Positions 37,746 to 51,004 of a DNA stretch of 64,000 nt are shown here, piece after piece; position 1 is the stretch's first letter; each line of letters opens with the position of its first letter. Under the pieces are notes generated by a model. It saw only the letters and a list, made by a program, of their open reading frames with translations. It was not told the DNA's origin and did no database searches. The stretch lies in NCBI RefSeq assembly GCF_041146345.1, contig NW_027191417.1, forward strand, positions 930,001 through 994,000, in the 5' to 3' direction. This DNA comes from Neodothiora populina. Its lineage: Eukaryota. The position numbers and the translations under genes are program-made.

Positions 37746-39277
37746 TCACGTCTCCTCCGCATCGTTCCTCCATCCTCCACTCAACGCCTCTTCTGCACTC
37801 AGATATCTCGAACATCTATTCCGCTTTTCCTCACACGATTCACGAGAACGATCCGCCATGAAACCCACATCGCCTTCAAGCTCCGCCAGAGAGTAAGCTT
37901 GTGGCATACTTGGTGCTTCGGCCATACGTCCCGCGACGCTATCAGGTGGCTGTCCGCTGGGCGTGTAGACAGATGGAGAGTAAGCCGTGTTTCTGCTGCT
38001 CTGTCTGCCCTCTGATAGTCTGCGTCGTTCTCGCGCGACGGGCGTCCGGGGAACTTCCAGAATTGAAGATGCCAAGTATGGCGATGGAATCGTGTCTGTT
38101 GGACTGACTCTCGGTGTATGTCGCAGTGACTGCAGTGGACGGTCCGCAGCAACTTCGACCACTTCGGCGGGCCTGCGGTCGCTCTGAGAAGCGTCCGGAT
38201 GTTCTGTTGTCCGCGGGACCCTGATAGGACTCTCTCGGGAATGGATGGATCCTGTCCCTTCCGTCATCCGCCATCTCTACCGCTGCATGATCAGGCGTGT
38301 TCTCAGGACAATCGACCCTCTCGTGATCAACGCCTTTGCTTACAGGTCCATACATGTACGTCGGACTTCGTCGGCCCCCCTCGTCAACAGCCACAGTCGC
38401 TCCACCTTGCCTGTGGCAGAATTTCCTTAGCATATACACCAGAAGTAGCATCAGCGTGGTTGCGCCAGCTGAACCAAGCACGATTCCAGCAAGCACTCCG
38501 GGAGACGAGATCTCCGGCGAATGGGATTCAGGGGGTGGCGAAGTGACAGTTGATGCAGCTTCTGTGGAGTTGGTCGCTGCGCTGTCTACTGGATCACTCG
38601 TGGACAGAGATGGCTGAGTGAACACGGCACTGCTCGGCGAAGATCCAGTGATGTCACTCAGGCTGGCAGTGACCGTCGATGCTGCGACCGTCACAGCAGG
38701 TGGAAGGGCATTCGTACTCGCGGGCACTGCAGAAGTGACCGAAGATGACCACACACCTCCAGTTCCCGCAGCAGAAGGCCCCGTAGTAAAAGCATTCACA
38801 AAGCTCAGCGTCACGAGCAACGGAGACGTCTCACAGAAATGGATGAACTGAGACTCCACAGCATTAGTGACAGTCGCGCAATACGGACTGAGAGGGTCCG
38901 AGCAATAGACGCATCCGCCAGTCGAGTAATCGCAAGAGGTGGTGAGATCGCTAGTAAACTCTATGCAACTCCTGGCCATGCAGCTGCGCTCGGAGCAGCA
39001 GCCTATGTAGCCATTCGTGCCTGTGTAGCAGGTCTGAGGGCTTGGACAGTAGACTGGGCTATGTGTTAGTAGACAGGTGTGGAAAAGGAGGGAGAGGAGT
39101 CTTGCAGCTGTGTACATCATCACACCAGATCGTCTCTGATCTGCCGAGCAATAGTGGTCGCGCGGTGGTGTTTTCTTTGCTTGAACTGTGCATCGAGAAA
39201 CCAGGAACGTCTTGGGCACATGTCAATTGCAGAAGCAGTAGCACTAGGATTTGTGATAGACGCTTGAGAGTTTCCAT
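37746..39277 (-). CDS. Type I single-pass membrane protein: signal peptide, Cys-rich domain, Ser/Thr stalk, TM, disordered tail
   Basis: Signal METLKRLSQILVLLLLQLTCA, Cys-rich YCPSPQTC..GYIGCC..C..C..C..C, a Ser/Thr-rich region and TM GVLAGIVLGSAGATTLMLLLVYML+RK. Introns are inferred near 39110-39059 and at 38343-38277. Confidence 0.7.
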
Positions 39278-41052
39278 TGCTTGCTTACGTGCTTTGGAGA
39301 TCGGTCTGGTGGGTCAGATGGGGTAGGAACAGGCACAGTTGCCATTTCTGTCGTGCTTCGAGTGAGACTAGGTACTGCTAGCACCGAAACCCCGCCCTGC
39401 GAGTGAGCCTGCGCTCCTACTCTTTGGATGAACATCTCCAGCGAAGAAGTCGCTCGTTATGGCTCGCTCGTTGCTGGAAGGGTGGGGCGACCCTGTCCAC
39501 AATTTCTTCTACCCACTACATGTCCAAGATGTCAGAGTGATCGGGCTGTCAGGCTGAAACGTTATATGCGTACATACCTCTCTGCACCATTCTTGTGCAG
39601 AGAAGATTCTGAAGCAATGAACGGGCATTGTGTGGATTGTCCACTTTTTACAATCAATGAGAAGTATCCTTGGATCATGGAGTGCTTACATCTATCATAC
39701 GACTACATGCCGGACCTCGTGGACAGATCACGCGGAGCACAAGTCACAGTATTTTGCAGAGTCACGGCTTGATGACCATGATGAGAGCAGCCTTGCGACC
39801 GACCTTGGAGGTGGTCCGAATGTAGCGAGTGGCATAGGCTCATGATGAACATCTTATGTCAAGAAAACGTCAAGCGCAGAAGAAGAGCAAGGGGGACCAG
39901 ACCCAAGAGAGGCCTTTTTTTTCCTTTTCTTTCTTTTCTTTCATTGTGTCCACTTTGGAGAAGCAGAGTCGTATGCACATGCCCACCGTCGAAGAGGCCG
40001 TACCGTACTCATATGCGGCATATGCAACAAGGTTCTCTGTACCTTTGCTAGTACACACGGGCGTCGGCGTATGAGTAGGAATTGTATAGCATGCAACTGC
40101 AGCAGTTACGGTGCCTGTCCCGCACGGAGAAGCAAAGAATCAGGCGCGAACTGCACTTCCAGCTACAGCTACAATTACGCCGCCTGAGGGCCTTTTGCCA
40201 CGGCTAGCTGGAACCCAGTATCAGAGCATTTGCCATGTAGCAGCACTACTGTAGATATTGGCTTGAACAGCAGTTGACCGGTTGACCCATATGCCGGCCG
40301 GCGCAAGGCTAGAGATCCAGGGCGGTGAACTCGTGCCAGTCGCATATGCAGGGGCGAGCAGGTACTTCCCCATTGTAGACTCAGTGTACCTCTGTACTCT
40401 GCGCTATAGTTACCTTGGCAGCGGTCTTTTTAATCAAGTCTTGTTCAGCCGAAAAAAGACGGCGCTGATGTTCTCCAAGCGTTGACCATGTTTGTTGTGC
40501 ACTGCTGGAGAAAAGAACATACAGACATCTAGTGCAATTGACTAACAGGCAGGAAGACGCATGGCCTGATTGTCGATAGCGTTCCAAAGCCGTCTAGACC
40601 CTCTCGACCTCAGAGTCACGGCCGCTTCTTCGTTGCGAGAAGCTGCACAGCGCACTTTCCCCCTTGACAACGACCGCGCCGGTCTATTACTGCCCTTTCT
40701 TTTCGTCCCAGGTTCTTCCTCAGGGACACCATTGACAAAAGCAGAGCTCCTTTCTTCTGCTTCTCCGAATGAAGGAAAATCACATCTGCTCCCTTTACGC
40801 AAGGAGAACTTTCCTTTACCTTCCTTTACGCGCGGTCTTTGCGGGTTTGACGACCTGAGACCCCTTCCAACAATCGACGTCATACCGGTTCACTCTTCAA
40901 AACAACAACCACAGGCATTTTGGAGCCAGAGCCCACGGAAGCTTCTACCACCAGAGTAAATTGTCAAAGGTATCGGGCATCGTATTTTCATCCCATATAT
41001 TGCAAAGAGAAGCCCGACTTCTTAGCACTTGTTTGGGCACAAAGCAATCATT

Positions 41053-42309
41053 ATGATTGCCCGAGTTGAGGCCGGGGTTGTCCTTGCGCGACAGCCCGAA
41101 GATCGAAACAGATCGACCGAACTTGAGACATTGCGCTGTCGACGTGAAGAGAAACAAGTAGTACAAGAACAAGAAGATGTAGACGAAGAAGACGACGAAG
41201 AGGTCGAGCAACACAGGGTGTCTCGAATGGAGGGACAGCTGGCCGACGCCAGGCGGCAGAGGCACGATGAGCAGCAACCACAGCCGTCTCCATCTCCCTC
41301 TCGCCGTAACGTTCACTTGTATCCTGAACCAGCTTCTCAAACAACTCAAAGGGTGGCGGCCCCGGCCATCACCACTCACGGTTCTCTGCCGGTCCACGGT
41401 GACTTTCTGGCACCCGCACCGTTGCCATCGCCCTCGCAGCCCATATACAGGCCTCACAACCCAGCCCGGAGCAGCCATTTTCGTTCCCGCTCATCGGGCT
41501 CCTCAGTCCTAGCTCCTCCAATGTCGCGCGCGCATTCATCACCGATCGTGCCTTCAGCATCTACTTGCAGCCAACCCTCGACATCTCCAGCTGTGTCGCC
41601 TCGTGCGCATCCTGCGCGCCTTCCCACGCTACGATCTCTCAGTCCTTTTCAACCCCTGCTTGACGACCCTCACGCACCCGCTTACGATGGCTCTATCGAA
41701 AGCATTTCCGAGGATGCCGAACTCCACATACGACCTCGCACGTCTGTTGACCAAATCCCCCAGCCGGTGCCACTACACGCGACCCGCAACTCTGGCCGTT
41801 CCCTTTCTGCACGACGACAGCGGCCCACTTCGCCGCTGCATTCGATCGCAACTACCAACTACTCCGCCCACTCCAATACTCCTCGCTCCGTGTCGGCTAC
41901 ATCATCGCCATCGGTTCCTCCGGCTCGCTTCAATGAAAACTATCCCACCCTTCACCATTACGCCAGCAACTCGTCCTTCTCAAGCATGCCATCGACTCCG
42001 ACATCCATGCGCTCTAGATCGCCGAGCGTGTCATCGCTGGACACGATTGAAGATGCGCCGGACCTCGAATGGGAAGCCGTCGAGGCCGACCGCGCCGCCA
42101 AGCTCAGTGCCGTCGACAATGCCTCCGCAAAGGGTGAGCGCGACGGCGAGAGCAGACGCAGAGGAAGCCTGGATATCCCCGGCATGACCTCTGGAGCTGT
42201 AGGGTTTGGGTTCGGCCGCAGGGGAGGCGACAGTGCCAAGAAGCGATGGAGTGTATGCGGAGGAGAGAGAAGAGCGGATCTGGACCTCGAGACTATATGG
42301 GAAGACTGA
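41053..42309 (+). CDS. Ser/Pro-rich disordered protein with C-terminal motif KRWSVCGGERRADLDLETIWED
   Basis: Long intronless ORF with motifs SSMPSTPTSMRSRSPSVSSLDTIED and the terminal motif typical of a Pezizomycotina hypothetical family. The start codon is uncertain (41053 or 41227). Confidence 0.8.
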   Translation: MIARVEAGVVLARQPEDRNRSTELETLRCRREEKQVVQEQEDVDEEDDEEVEQHRVSRMEGQLADARRQRHDEQQPQPSPSPSRRNVHLYPEPASQTTQRVAAPAITTHGSLPVHGDFLAPAPLPSPSQPIYRPHNPARSSHFRSRSSGSSVLAPPMSRAHSSPIVPSASTCSQPSTSPAVSPRAHPARLPTLRSLSPFQPLLDDPHAPAYDGSIESISEDAELHIRPRTSVDQIPQPVPLHATRNSGRSLSARRQRPTSPLHSIATTNYSAHSNTPRSVSATSSPSVPPARFNENYPTLHHYASNSSFSSMPSTPTSMRSRSPSVSSLDTIEDAPDLEWEAVEADRAAKLSAVDNASAKGERDGESRRRGSLDIPGMTSGAVGFGFGRRGGDSAKKRWSVCGGERRADLDLETIWED

Positions 42310-42892
42310 TGAGCTTATGCCTCACTCTTTCACGGGACCCATGACCACACTCATGGCATGGACCTAAAAGCAACTGCATCAACACCGTCTGAGCATAACA
42401 TTAACTGCTCATGCGGTATAAAGCCGACGTCGCTCTCGTCGAAACGGCATGTCCTTACATTGGAGAAACGGCGTTTTGGGGTGGTAATTTTCATGGTTCT
42501 TCCTTTTCTTCTTCTCTCTATTCGCGCTAGATGTAATAGCGGAACAAGCGACGCTACAGACAGGCATGCAGGCGCGCACTTGCGCTATCGCCCAGATACC
42601 CCCCCTCGAACCCGTTAGCTCACCTTATGATACCCCTTGATTCTTTTTCCAACACCTCGATGTAATAATACCCTGAGCTTTAGCGTACATATATAAAAAG
42701 GAGCAGAAACAAGGCTGATACATGCTCTTGTACCATCTTCCCATTGCTTTGACTCTATGTTTTCCAGAACTTCTGTCCATCCTCTTATCTACTTTGTTGT
42801 GTTGCGGCACCTATCGATGCTCGAGCATAGTTGTAACAGTCAACAGGAACAGCCTGGCAAGACTAACACACACACATTTGGATAATCCCACT

Positions 42893-44223
42893 CTAGTTCC
42901 ACGAAATGGCAAGCATGATGCCAGCACCGAGCGCCATAGCAGCGAACTGCGTCAGCGTCTTCTTCGTCTCTGCAAGCTTATTAGGGCCAGTCTCCAGCAA
43001 CTCCGGAATCACGGCCACAGTGCCAACGTAGAGAAACGTGCCCGCCGTCCAGGGCAAAAGCAGATCGCCGAGCTGCAGACTGGTGCCGAACAGGCCCGCG
43101 CCGGCCGCGACTGCGCCCTCGCTGCTTCCTCCGAGCTCCTGGATTGCAATGCCCGCGAGCGCGCCGACGAGCGCTCCCGCGGCGGTCAGGAACTGAGCTC
43201 CTATGGCGGCTTTCTTGGAGAAGCCGTTCTGGATCAGCAGGGCGAAGTCGCCGACTTCGTGGGGGACTTCGTGGAAGAAGATTGCGACGGTCGTGGTGGC
43301 GCCGACGGTCGGGGATGCGTAGAAGGATGAGGCTATGGCCAGGCCGTCGGTGATGTTGTGCGTGAAGTCGGCGATGATGTTCAAGTAGCCGCCTAGTTTC
43401 GCCGAAGGGTTCACTTCCTTTTCGGGAAGCACATGTGCTTTGCTGGTGGTGGTGGTGTCTCCGCTCTTTCTTTGGCGCATCTCGCCTGACAGGGGATCTC
43501 TGACTGTGCCAGTGCTGGAAGCCGATGAGAGTGCGCCAGTCTTCTCCTCAGTCTTTGCTTCGATTGAAGCGTGACTGTGGGAATGGTCGTGTCCAACTTC
43601 TCCTCCAGTGGCGATCCTGAGTGTCTTGTCCAGCGCGACAAAGCTCAATAGACCGACCATGATGGCCACACCGAGCAGTAGATTCTTGTTGGGCTCCACC
43701 ATGACGAAACGAACATGTTCGGGGCTATCTTCACCTAGGAAGATCTCAGGCAAAAGGTGGAACAGCGTGTCACCGAGAAGTCCTCCAACAGCGAAGGCGA
43801 CCATGACCGAAAGAGAGGAGGGGTCAATGTCTGGCGGACAGAATGCCAATAGAAAATTCGGGGGACCAGAAATGTAGAGCACGCTCCTGCTGAGACATGA
43901 GCTTCCGACACACCAAGGACATCCTCACGTAGCATCGATCTCAACACAGCTCGGAGATATAGGATAAAGAAAACTGACAAAAGCGTGTTGATCGCAGGCG
44001 AAGCTGGGAACAAGACAGTGAAGAGACGAGCAGTGAAACCCGACGTCTGAGGCGTAGTCGCCAATTTGTGTTCATTGAGAGCTTCAATGAGCGGACAATG
44101 CTGCAGCTGCTGCTCGATCTCCTCGGTGCTGAGCTTCCCAACTCCCACCTCCTTACCTTGCACCACGAGGGCAAATGCGAGGAGCGCGAATGCCGCAACC
44201 CACAGTGTTCGTTGTCTCAACAT
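42893..44223 (-). CDS. YKE4: ZIP-family zinc transporter, ZIP7/Yke4 type, 2 exons
   Basis: Signal peptide, FAVGGLLGDTLFHLLPE, a His-rich loop HDHSHSH, ADFTHNITDGL and HEVPHEVGD. The intron has a gtcagt donor at about 43978 and a cag acceptor at about 43887. Confidence 0.93.
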
Positions 44224-47119
44224 GGCGACGTCGTGTCAATGCTCGATTCCGAGTTTGCTACAATGTGGTAGAGTAGTCGAGCAGAGAGCGGTGACATTCG
44301 AGAGCAAGAATGTACACGGAAGATCTGACCTCGAACAGCTGTACGAGAAGTGATACACAGATAGTGCAGTAGTATGAGGTAAAGGTGTTGTGTAGACGAC
44401 ACCATTCCTTATCTGTTATCGCCGTGATCCAAAGTACCTGGGGTAGAGTTGTTTCAGACACGCATTGGAGGAATTCGACCACGCACTAATTACTGCATCT
44501 TTATACAAACATGAGGCATTCATGGTATCATGGTATAGGTATTTTGAAGAAGCCATGCCTTCGAACGGCATCGAAATCTTCGTGATGAATAGCCAGCCAT
44601 TCAGGAAGAGTCTCGATGAGCCTGCGGAAGATGCCTTAAGGTCGGGTAGAGTATTTGCTACTTGTATATAGCAAGTACATGTACGATACGCGTATGCAGA
44701 GCATAAAGCGACAGGTCATTTTGTACTCTCAATAAATCTCCCACAGATTTTCATTAGTGCTCATGATCGGACCTATGGGCCTCCGCGAGTGCATTGATCA
44801 AGCGAGTATCCCATCAGCTGGAGGATTCCCTTCCCGTCACATGATGGCAGCGGGGACGTGTGATTTTCGCGTGCACTAGGTTGTGGCTGAGGTCTCGTCC
44901 TTTCGTGACCTATTCTCCGTTGTTTTAGCGTCGTGCTGTCCAGAGCAGCAAAAGTACCTGCAGCGCAGAATAAGGTTGAAAGAGGCAATAAAACTATATG
45001 GAGAAAGTGCTCAAAGCACAGTCAAACGGGGGTAAGAGCGCTGCGCATTCGAGATAAAAAATGATTCACAAGAATAATGAAGACCAACACATGTGCGAAA
45101 TCAGTAGGAGATCGCATTGCACTGAGGGAATTGCATATGATATGCCATGAAATGACCCTTCCTGGCTGCTAGTGCGGAGGGGCTGGTGGAGACAGAGCTG
45201 CATCCCTGCATATCTACGCGCACATTGGCTTGCTGACAAGCGGCGCGTCGTTGTGCGTCGCTTCGTGCTGAGACGAGTAGCAGGACAAGGAAATTCTGGT
45301 GGCTTCAGCTATCTGCCCTAAGCTACTGTACATTATCAGCCGCGACGGCTGACGGTTATGCTGGAGCGATAGATCCTCGACTCGTGGGTGACACTTCTTG
45401 GTCGTAAACGAGTGGGATGCGAACAGGAGGAAGGGCTTGCTTGCGATCGGCAGTGCAATGATCAAACGCAAGCAGATCAAAATAGTACGATTCAAGACTT
45501 TGCATATTGATAAGGGTAACAAAATGCAGCCGAAGCGCCCGTTGTTGATGGTCATATCAATAAAGAGCCCAATTTGCTCGTATATTGGGAACGAGGAGTA
45601 GGAAGATCAGATGAATTCGACATTCAACACTGCTGCTGAGCACCGTACCTTAGCTGACGTATAGCCAGCAGAGAGCATTGCCGAGTGCGAACGGTGCTAG
45701 TGCGTTGGACAGCAAGATTGAGGCGTTGCCATGCAACAATCAAACAGTGAACACACTTCCAAGAGAGGACGCCCTGAGCGGGAGGGGAGGGTTAGACGGA
45801 TGCGATGCCAAGCCAATTGCTCTCGCTCGCACTGTCGTAGTGACTACCGTGCTCTCGTAAGGTGTAGGCAGGTGGATTATTCTGGGACTTGGATCAGGCC
45901 TGGGCAACTGCAATGCCTCCCATGCAAATCAATGGGTGATTGATTGCTGACGTATGGCTCGTGTCGATGTCGAGCGGAGTTCAGACCAAAAGTCAGATGG
46001 GTCTATAGCACATAGTATAGAAACAGTAGTAGAAGAGTATAGTGGTCGTCGTTCGCATGTAGACGTTTAATGGACGGCATCGCTATGCCGACCAGAGGAT
46101 CATCGGTACCATTACTCCATAGAGCAGCCAGGGTCCTCGAGGGCAGACAGAATCTTGGTTTATTACAGAGATAGCCGGGCAGAGGGTGGGTAGTGTACCT
46201 GTGTAGTGGCAGTAGTGTACAGCAAAATAGCTCAGTTTGCGCTACAGCAGACGCTAGACAACCTAACGGCGAAGGACCCCCAAGGCTTCAGCGTCCAATG
46301 TTCTCCGTACCTTACCTTTCATCAACTCTTGTGTTCTCCTCTTCCGCAACCACACCGCTGCATTATCATTGTCTCTTTCTCCCTCGTTCTATCGAGAGGC
46401 CGTGCAGTAGCAAGTACGGTGCGATTTTTATCTTTTTTGGCACTTCCATAGGTCTTTTCTGGCCGTGGTTGATCGCTGTCCATTCCTTACTGTCGTACTT
46501 TTCCAATCATTCCTTTGAATCCTAAACCTTAGCAATCATCCTTGTACCGACCATTGCCGTGTTGGTACACATTTTCTTGATATTGACTGTACGGGCACTC
46601 TGCGAGTGTTGTTGCGACAGTGTGTCGATTCTTCGGTAAGGCCTTTCCTCTATGCACATGGCTATACCTACTATGATTGTCTATGCCTGTGTCGCACGCC
46701 CGCCGATCAAGCCATCTCATCTACCTTCCCTCGCTTGAACATCATCAATTGCGCGGACGCATCTTTTCATCGTTTCTGTACTTCTCTTCGTCTCCATTCG
46801 CCGCCTTCGTCAGCCTCAGGCCTCAACCAACCTTTCGACGTAGGTCTCATGCTGATGCGCTACTAGATTAATATTCTTCTTGCGATCCATCTGTATTTCA
46901 CTTTTGGCATTGCCCTCTTTTTTGACTTGGCCTGCAACTCCATCCTACACCTTTGCCGCTCGTTGAACGCGCCGCTTATTGTCACTCCGCTCACTTCTCG
47001 ACTTGCCATTGCAACGTCGTCGGCTCTTGACTCGCTCTTCTGCCTGGACACTCCTTGCTCACTCGGCTGGAAGCATTTGTGGTAACACACACGTATCCGC
47101 TCACAGTTACTGGACTGGA

Positions 47120-49876
47120 ATGGCCGTTGTTGCGCCGTCTTCTTTCTCTCGCCCTCATTTCGACTCCTTCGACTTACCAAGGGTCACTTGTGTGGACATG
47201 GATCCATTGGCTGCTTCAGTGCACCTGGTGCCCAATCCCGATTTTGTCTTTCCAGCTCGTCCAGCCTCTCAACAGATGGAAGACACAACTAGAGTTTCGC
47301 CCGCGAAACGCCCAGCTTCCATGCAGCTGAACCTTGGCCACCCCTCCTCTCGCCAATCGCTATCAGCTCTTCCAACCTTTACTTTCAATGCAAACGACAC
47401 CACCGGATTATCTCTGTCAAGTCCACCTCTGCCCTCGCCAACTCTTACTCTCCCGACTACTCCATCGCGAAACCACGGTCACAGGAGGAGGGCGAGCGAG
47501 TTCGTTGGTGGGGACAGCCGTTATGGTGTTTCTACCCTGGTTAGCACCAGTCCTTCGAAACCCATGGAGGCTAGATCGGACGCCGGCCCCCCGTCACCCA
47601 CCAGAGGCTCGCCCGTCTTGTCTAGCCGGAGACACGCTCATCGTCGTTCTGCTGCCATTTCTGGTCATGATCTGGCCAGTATACTACAGCCGCGAGATAC
47701 CAATGCATCATCACAAGCAGTATCAGCATCCTTAACGGTCAAAGATCGGCCAAGAACTCCCTCACCACATCTCGAGCTTCCCAAGGTTTCCGATGAGTTT
47801 ATGAGTCGAGCCCCTCCAGCGTTCTCTGGACCAACTTCTCCTCCACATACCAATGTTACCCGACCCTTCACGGCTCACCCTTCGACTCGTCCACGTGTTG
47901 GCTTTTCGGAAAACATCGAATACATTCCGCGCCCGCTGTCTACCGTCTCATCTGACACTGCGAGTTCCGCGTCGACCCTGAGAGGCCACTCCGTTGGCAA
48001 CAGCATATCATCGATCATCAGTCTTGGCGGAGTGGGCTCCCCATCGCCGAGAAGGAGTTATACGCCTCCCACGATAGATGTTATTCCTTCAACACCCGCC
48101 GATGCGCCACCGGCGCAACGTATCTTGCCTGCACGAAACCTTAGCAGCTCCGATATTGCAACTCCGACTCTTCCGACGTCGCGAACCGCATCCCCCAACC
48201 TGTCCCTCAAATCTGATGCTACCGACGGTAGCTACAACCGATCAAAGAGGACTCCGAGGGGAGAACGCAATAGAAGACGAAGTGAACCTCTTCTCAGTGC
48301 CATGACACGCGAGCAACCAGCGACTTCAGTAGTTTCACTACACGAGCCAGCTGTGTCTAATGCTTTCGACAACGATGAGAACACGTCGCACGGCTTAAAC
48401 AGGAAGTCGTCTTCATCCCGACGGAAGGTGAAGGAATGGGCAAACTTATTCCTTGGCCGAAAACCGAAAGACCCAAGGAAGACGAGATCACTGATCCTTG
48501 ACACCCCGCAAGGACCACAATCTGAGCCCACCACACAGTTGGATCAGTCAATAAACGAGCCTGCGACTGAACCTGAGGTTTCTCTAGACAGCGAACTGGA
48601 TCTTGATGCTGTATTTGGTCAAGACCCATTCGGAGCCATGGGCGATGAACCAGTGCACTCATTCCTCCAAGCGCGCCCAGCCAGCAGTGCAGTTATGGCA
48701 TACTCCTCCTCGATCGCCAGCTCCGAAGGTGACGAGGATCCCAGCCACATGATTGACTTGGACGCTGCCCTTGGCCCGTACGGAACCCCTACGATGAGCG
48801 GAAACAGACGACAAATGCACAGCGGAGGCTTCGGCAAACGCGGTGTAGAACGTGGACATACTCGTACCTACAGTCTTCCCACACTTACGCCTTTCACATA
48901 TGATCGACCTAGTTCGCCAGTCCGATCTATGGGAGACGTTTTTGAGGAAGACGAAGATGCTGAAACAGCGCAATCTAGCAAGGTAGCGACGGAGCTTCCT
49001 CCATCAGCCGAGAGTGACGATGAGGATGGCGCTGGCATATCAATTGTGGACTCGGAGATGAACGACCCACTAGTCAACAACCAGGAACAAGGCCTCGGCA
49101 TTCAGGGCCACCATTCGCACAACCGTTCAATGAGCACTACGCTTAATCTTCCTCACTCACCTGTTGCCATTCGACGAACGTCTGTAGTGGGAGATACGAT
49201 CATCGAGGAGGCTAGTCCTATCGAAATAGTCAGGGACGACGAGGAACCGCGCACTTCGTCAGTGACAAAGTCGTCTGATTCCAGTGAGGCCTCGACTGTT
49301 TTGGCTAGCAGAAACGGTGCTCGTTCGACAATTCCAGCGAGCGAACCTTTCCCATTGACACCGGCTTCATACAGTGCCTCTACGTTCTCCTCGTCTGATT
49401 ACTCCAATCAACATAGCTTTTTCGACCCCTCACGCTTGGGAACATCAGCTTCATCAACAGCCGACAGCCGCACCGTCAGCTCTTTCGCGACTGGCGAGCA
49501 CGGAGCTGATGTTAGAATGTCAGTTGACGATGTTCCGTCATTGACGAGTAGTCGCTCGACCATGATCAGCGCCATGCAAAACACCGCTCCTCGAAGCAGG
49601 GATTTCTCTGGACGCTCCGGCTCGGTGATCTCTGTTCCCGCCGAGGTCGAGGCCATGGACCGTCGCCGCAAACGATCCAGCATACACAGTCTGAGCAAGC
49701 TAGTAGGTGCGCCGTTCGGCGAGAGTAAGACCAGACTGGCTTCGGCACAAAGACCGCAGACTGCCGGCACTCCAACTGAGCAGCACGACGGGAAGAAACG
49801 ATCAGAGAACCGGCTGAGCAAGCTTATGTTCTGGCGATCCAAGGGTAACTCGAGGAGCTTTTCCTCGACTAAATGA
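47120..49876 (+). CDS. Large Ser/Pro-rich disordered protein (resembles the family commonly labelled 'cell wall proline-rich protein')
   Basis: ~918-aa intronless ORF with short conserved-looking blocks PNPDFVFP, HRRRASEFVGGD, HAHRRSAAIS, RPRVGFS..EYIPRPLST, IDLDAALGP and SVDDVPSLTSS. It has no signal peptide. Confidence 0.85.
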   Translation: MAVVAPSSFSRPHFDSFDLPRVTCVDMDPLAASVHLVPNPDFVFPARPASQQMEDTTRVSPAKRPASMQLNLGHPSSRQSLSALPTFTFNANDTTGLSLSSPPLPSPTLTLPTTPSRNHGHRRRASEFVGGDSRYGVSTLVSTSPSKPMEARSDAGPPSPTRGSPVLSSRRHAHRRSAAISGHDLASILQPRDTNASSQAVSASLTVKDRPRTPSPHLELPKVSDEFMSRAPPAFSGPTSPPHTNVTRPFTAHPSTRPRVGFSENIEYIPRPLSTVSSDTASSASTLRGHSVGNSISSIISLGGVGSPSPRRSYTPPTIDVIPSTPADAPPAQRILPARNLSSSDIATPTLPTSRTASPNLSLKSDATDGSYNRSKRTPRGERNRRRSEPLLSAMTREQPATSVVSLHEPAVSNAFDNDENTSHGLNRKSSSSRRKVKEWANLFLGRKPKDPRKTRSLILDTPQGPQSEPTTQLDQSINEPATEPEVSLDSELDLDAVFGQDPFGAMGDEPVHSFLQARPASSAVMAYSSSIASSEGDEDPSHMIDLDAALGPYGTPTMSGNRRQMHSGGFGKRGVERGHTRTYSLPTLTPFTYDRPSSPVRSMGDVFEEDEDAETAQSSKVATELPPSAESDDEDGAGISIVDSEMNDPLVNNQEQGLGIQGHHSHNRSMSTTLNLPHSPVAIRRTSVVGDTIIEEASPIEIVRDDEEPRTSSVTKSSDSSEASTVLASRNGARSTIPASEPFPLTPASYSASTFSSSDYSNQHSFFDPSRLGTSASSTADSRTVSSFATGEHGADVRMSVDDVPSLTSSRSTMISAMQNTAPRSRDFSGRSGSVISVPAEVEAMDRRRKRSSIHSLSKLVGAPFGESKTRLASAQRPQTAGTPTEQHDGKKRSENRLSKLMFWRSKGNSRSFSSTK

Positions 49877-51004
49877 CGATAGCCGCATATGCGGCGGATG
49901 TTCTTACTTGACCCCTGTCCGGGTGCTCGTAGACAATCTGCTTTTCGAGCTGGTGTGCATCTTTTGTCTGCTAAAGACACGAGCGGGCGGGATTATTTGA
50001 GATAGACGAGCGACTGGGATCCGGCTGGTAGTCGATGGACAAGGTTACAGCCGTCACAAGTCGGACCAGATCATTTAACGAGACCAAGGCGATTGCTGTT
50101 GCGATTCCTGTCTATGGTTGTATACAGCTGTGCAAGCATAATTCAAGCGCGGACAACATTCAAGTATTTCTTCTATATATTTTTTAATACCCCTTTCTAC
50201 ATATTCTGTGGTGTCACCCACCATTACTGTAGTCGCACTGCTGTTGTGTGTGTAGATGTCGTAGTCTCCTTTTACAGATTCATGGAAAACGTAACTTTTG
50301 CGAAGAAAGATATCATAGCTCGCGAGGCCAAGAAGCATCACAGCAATCATGTTCGTATCTGACGGACACCATGTCATGTTTCACGTATCGTCAATACCAC
50401 GATCTGCATATAGTGACCAACCGGTCCACCGACCTCTTCAAGAATTACGTGTACGCGCGTCGGCGATTTGCGGGCTAAGAGAGTTGTGGAGAGTGTCAGC
50501 CCCGTGCCAACCACGATCGACGGTTTCATGTTGGCGTTCCACACTGGAGCCGTGTCTTGTCGCCCACATTTCCCACTGTCGTATCTATTGTACCTGAACG
50601 GTTGAATCTCTCTCTGTGCCGCGACCAATGAGCCAAGGTATGAAGGGCCATGATGGACGAAAGAGAATAATCCAGCGTGATCCGTGCGTCCAGATTGGCA
50701 ACAAACCATCCAACTAATAATAAATCACATCATCACTTCCCATCCTTTCGCAGCCTTCTTGATATTCTGCAGTTCAACCACCTCTCTCGAATTCGATCGA
50801 GTTTTTTCTCTTCTCTTGAATAGTTCGTGTTGTCACTGGATTTTAGTTTTTCACTCGCTCGCTCACAGAACTATACCTGGCCACACTTGCCACCTTCCCT
50901 TCGCTAGTTTTTTCTCAGTCACTTCTCATCTAGCCCTCTTGATCTTCACTCTTGAGTCGACCGACGTAAATCACGACTCAAAACACAAATCCTATAACAT
51001 CATC

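Noticed and set aside
45788..45795. CTAACCCT on the minus strand as a telomerase RNA template
   Set aside because: It is only 8 nt, and no convincing pseudoknot or CR4/5 element was seen downstream.
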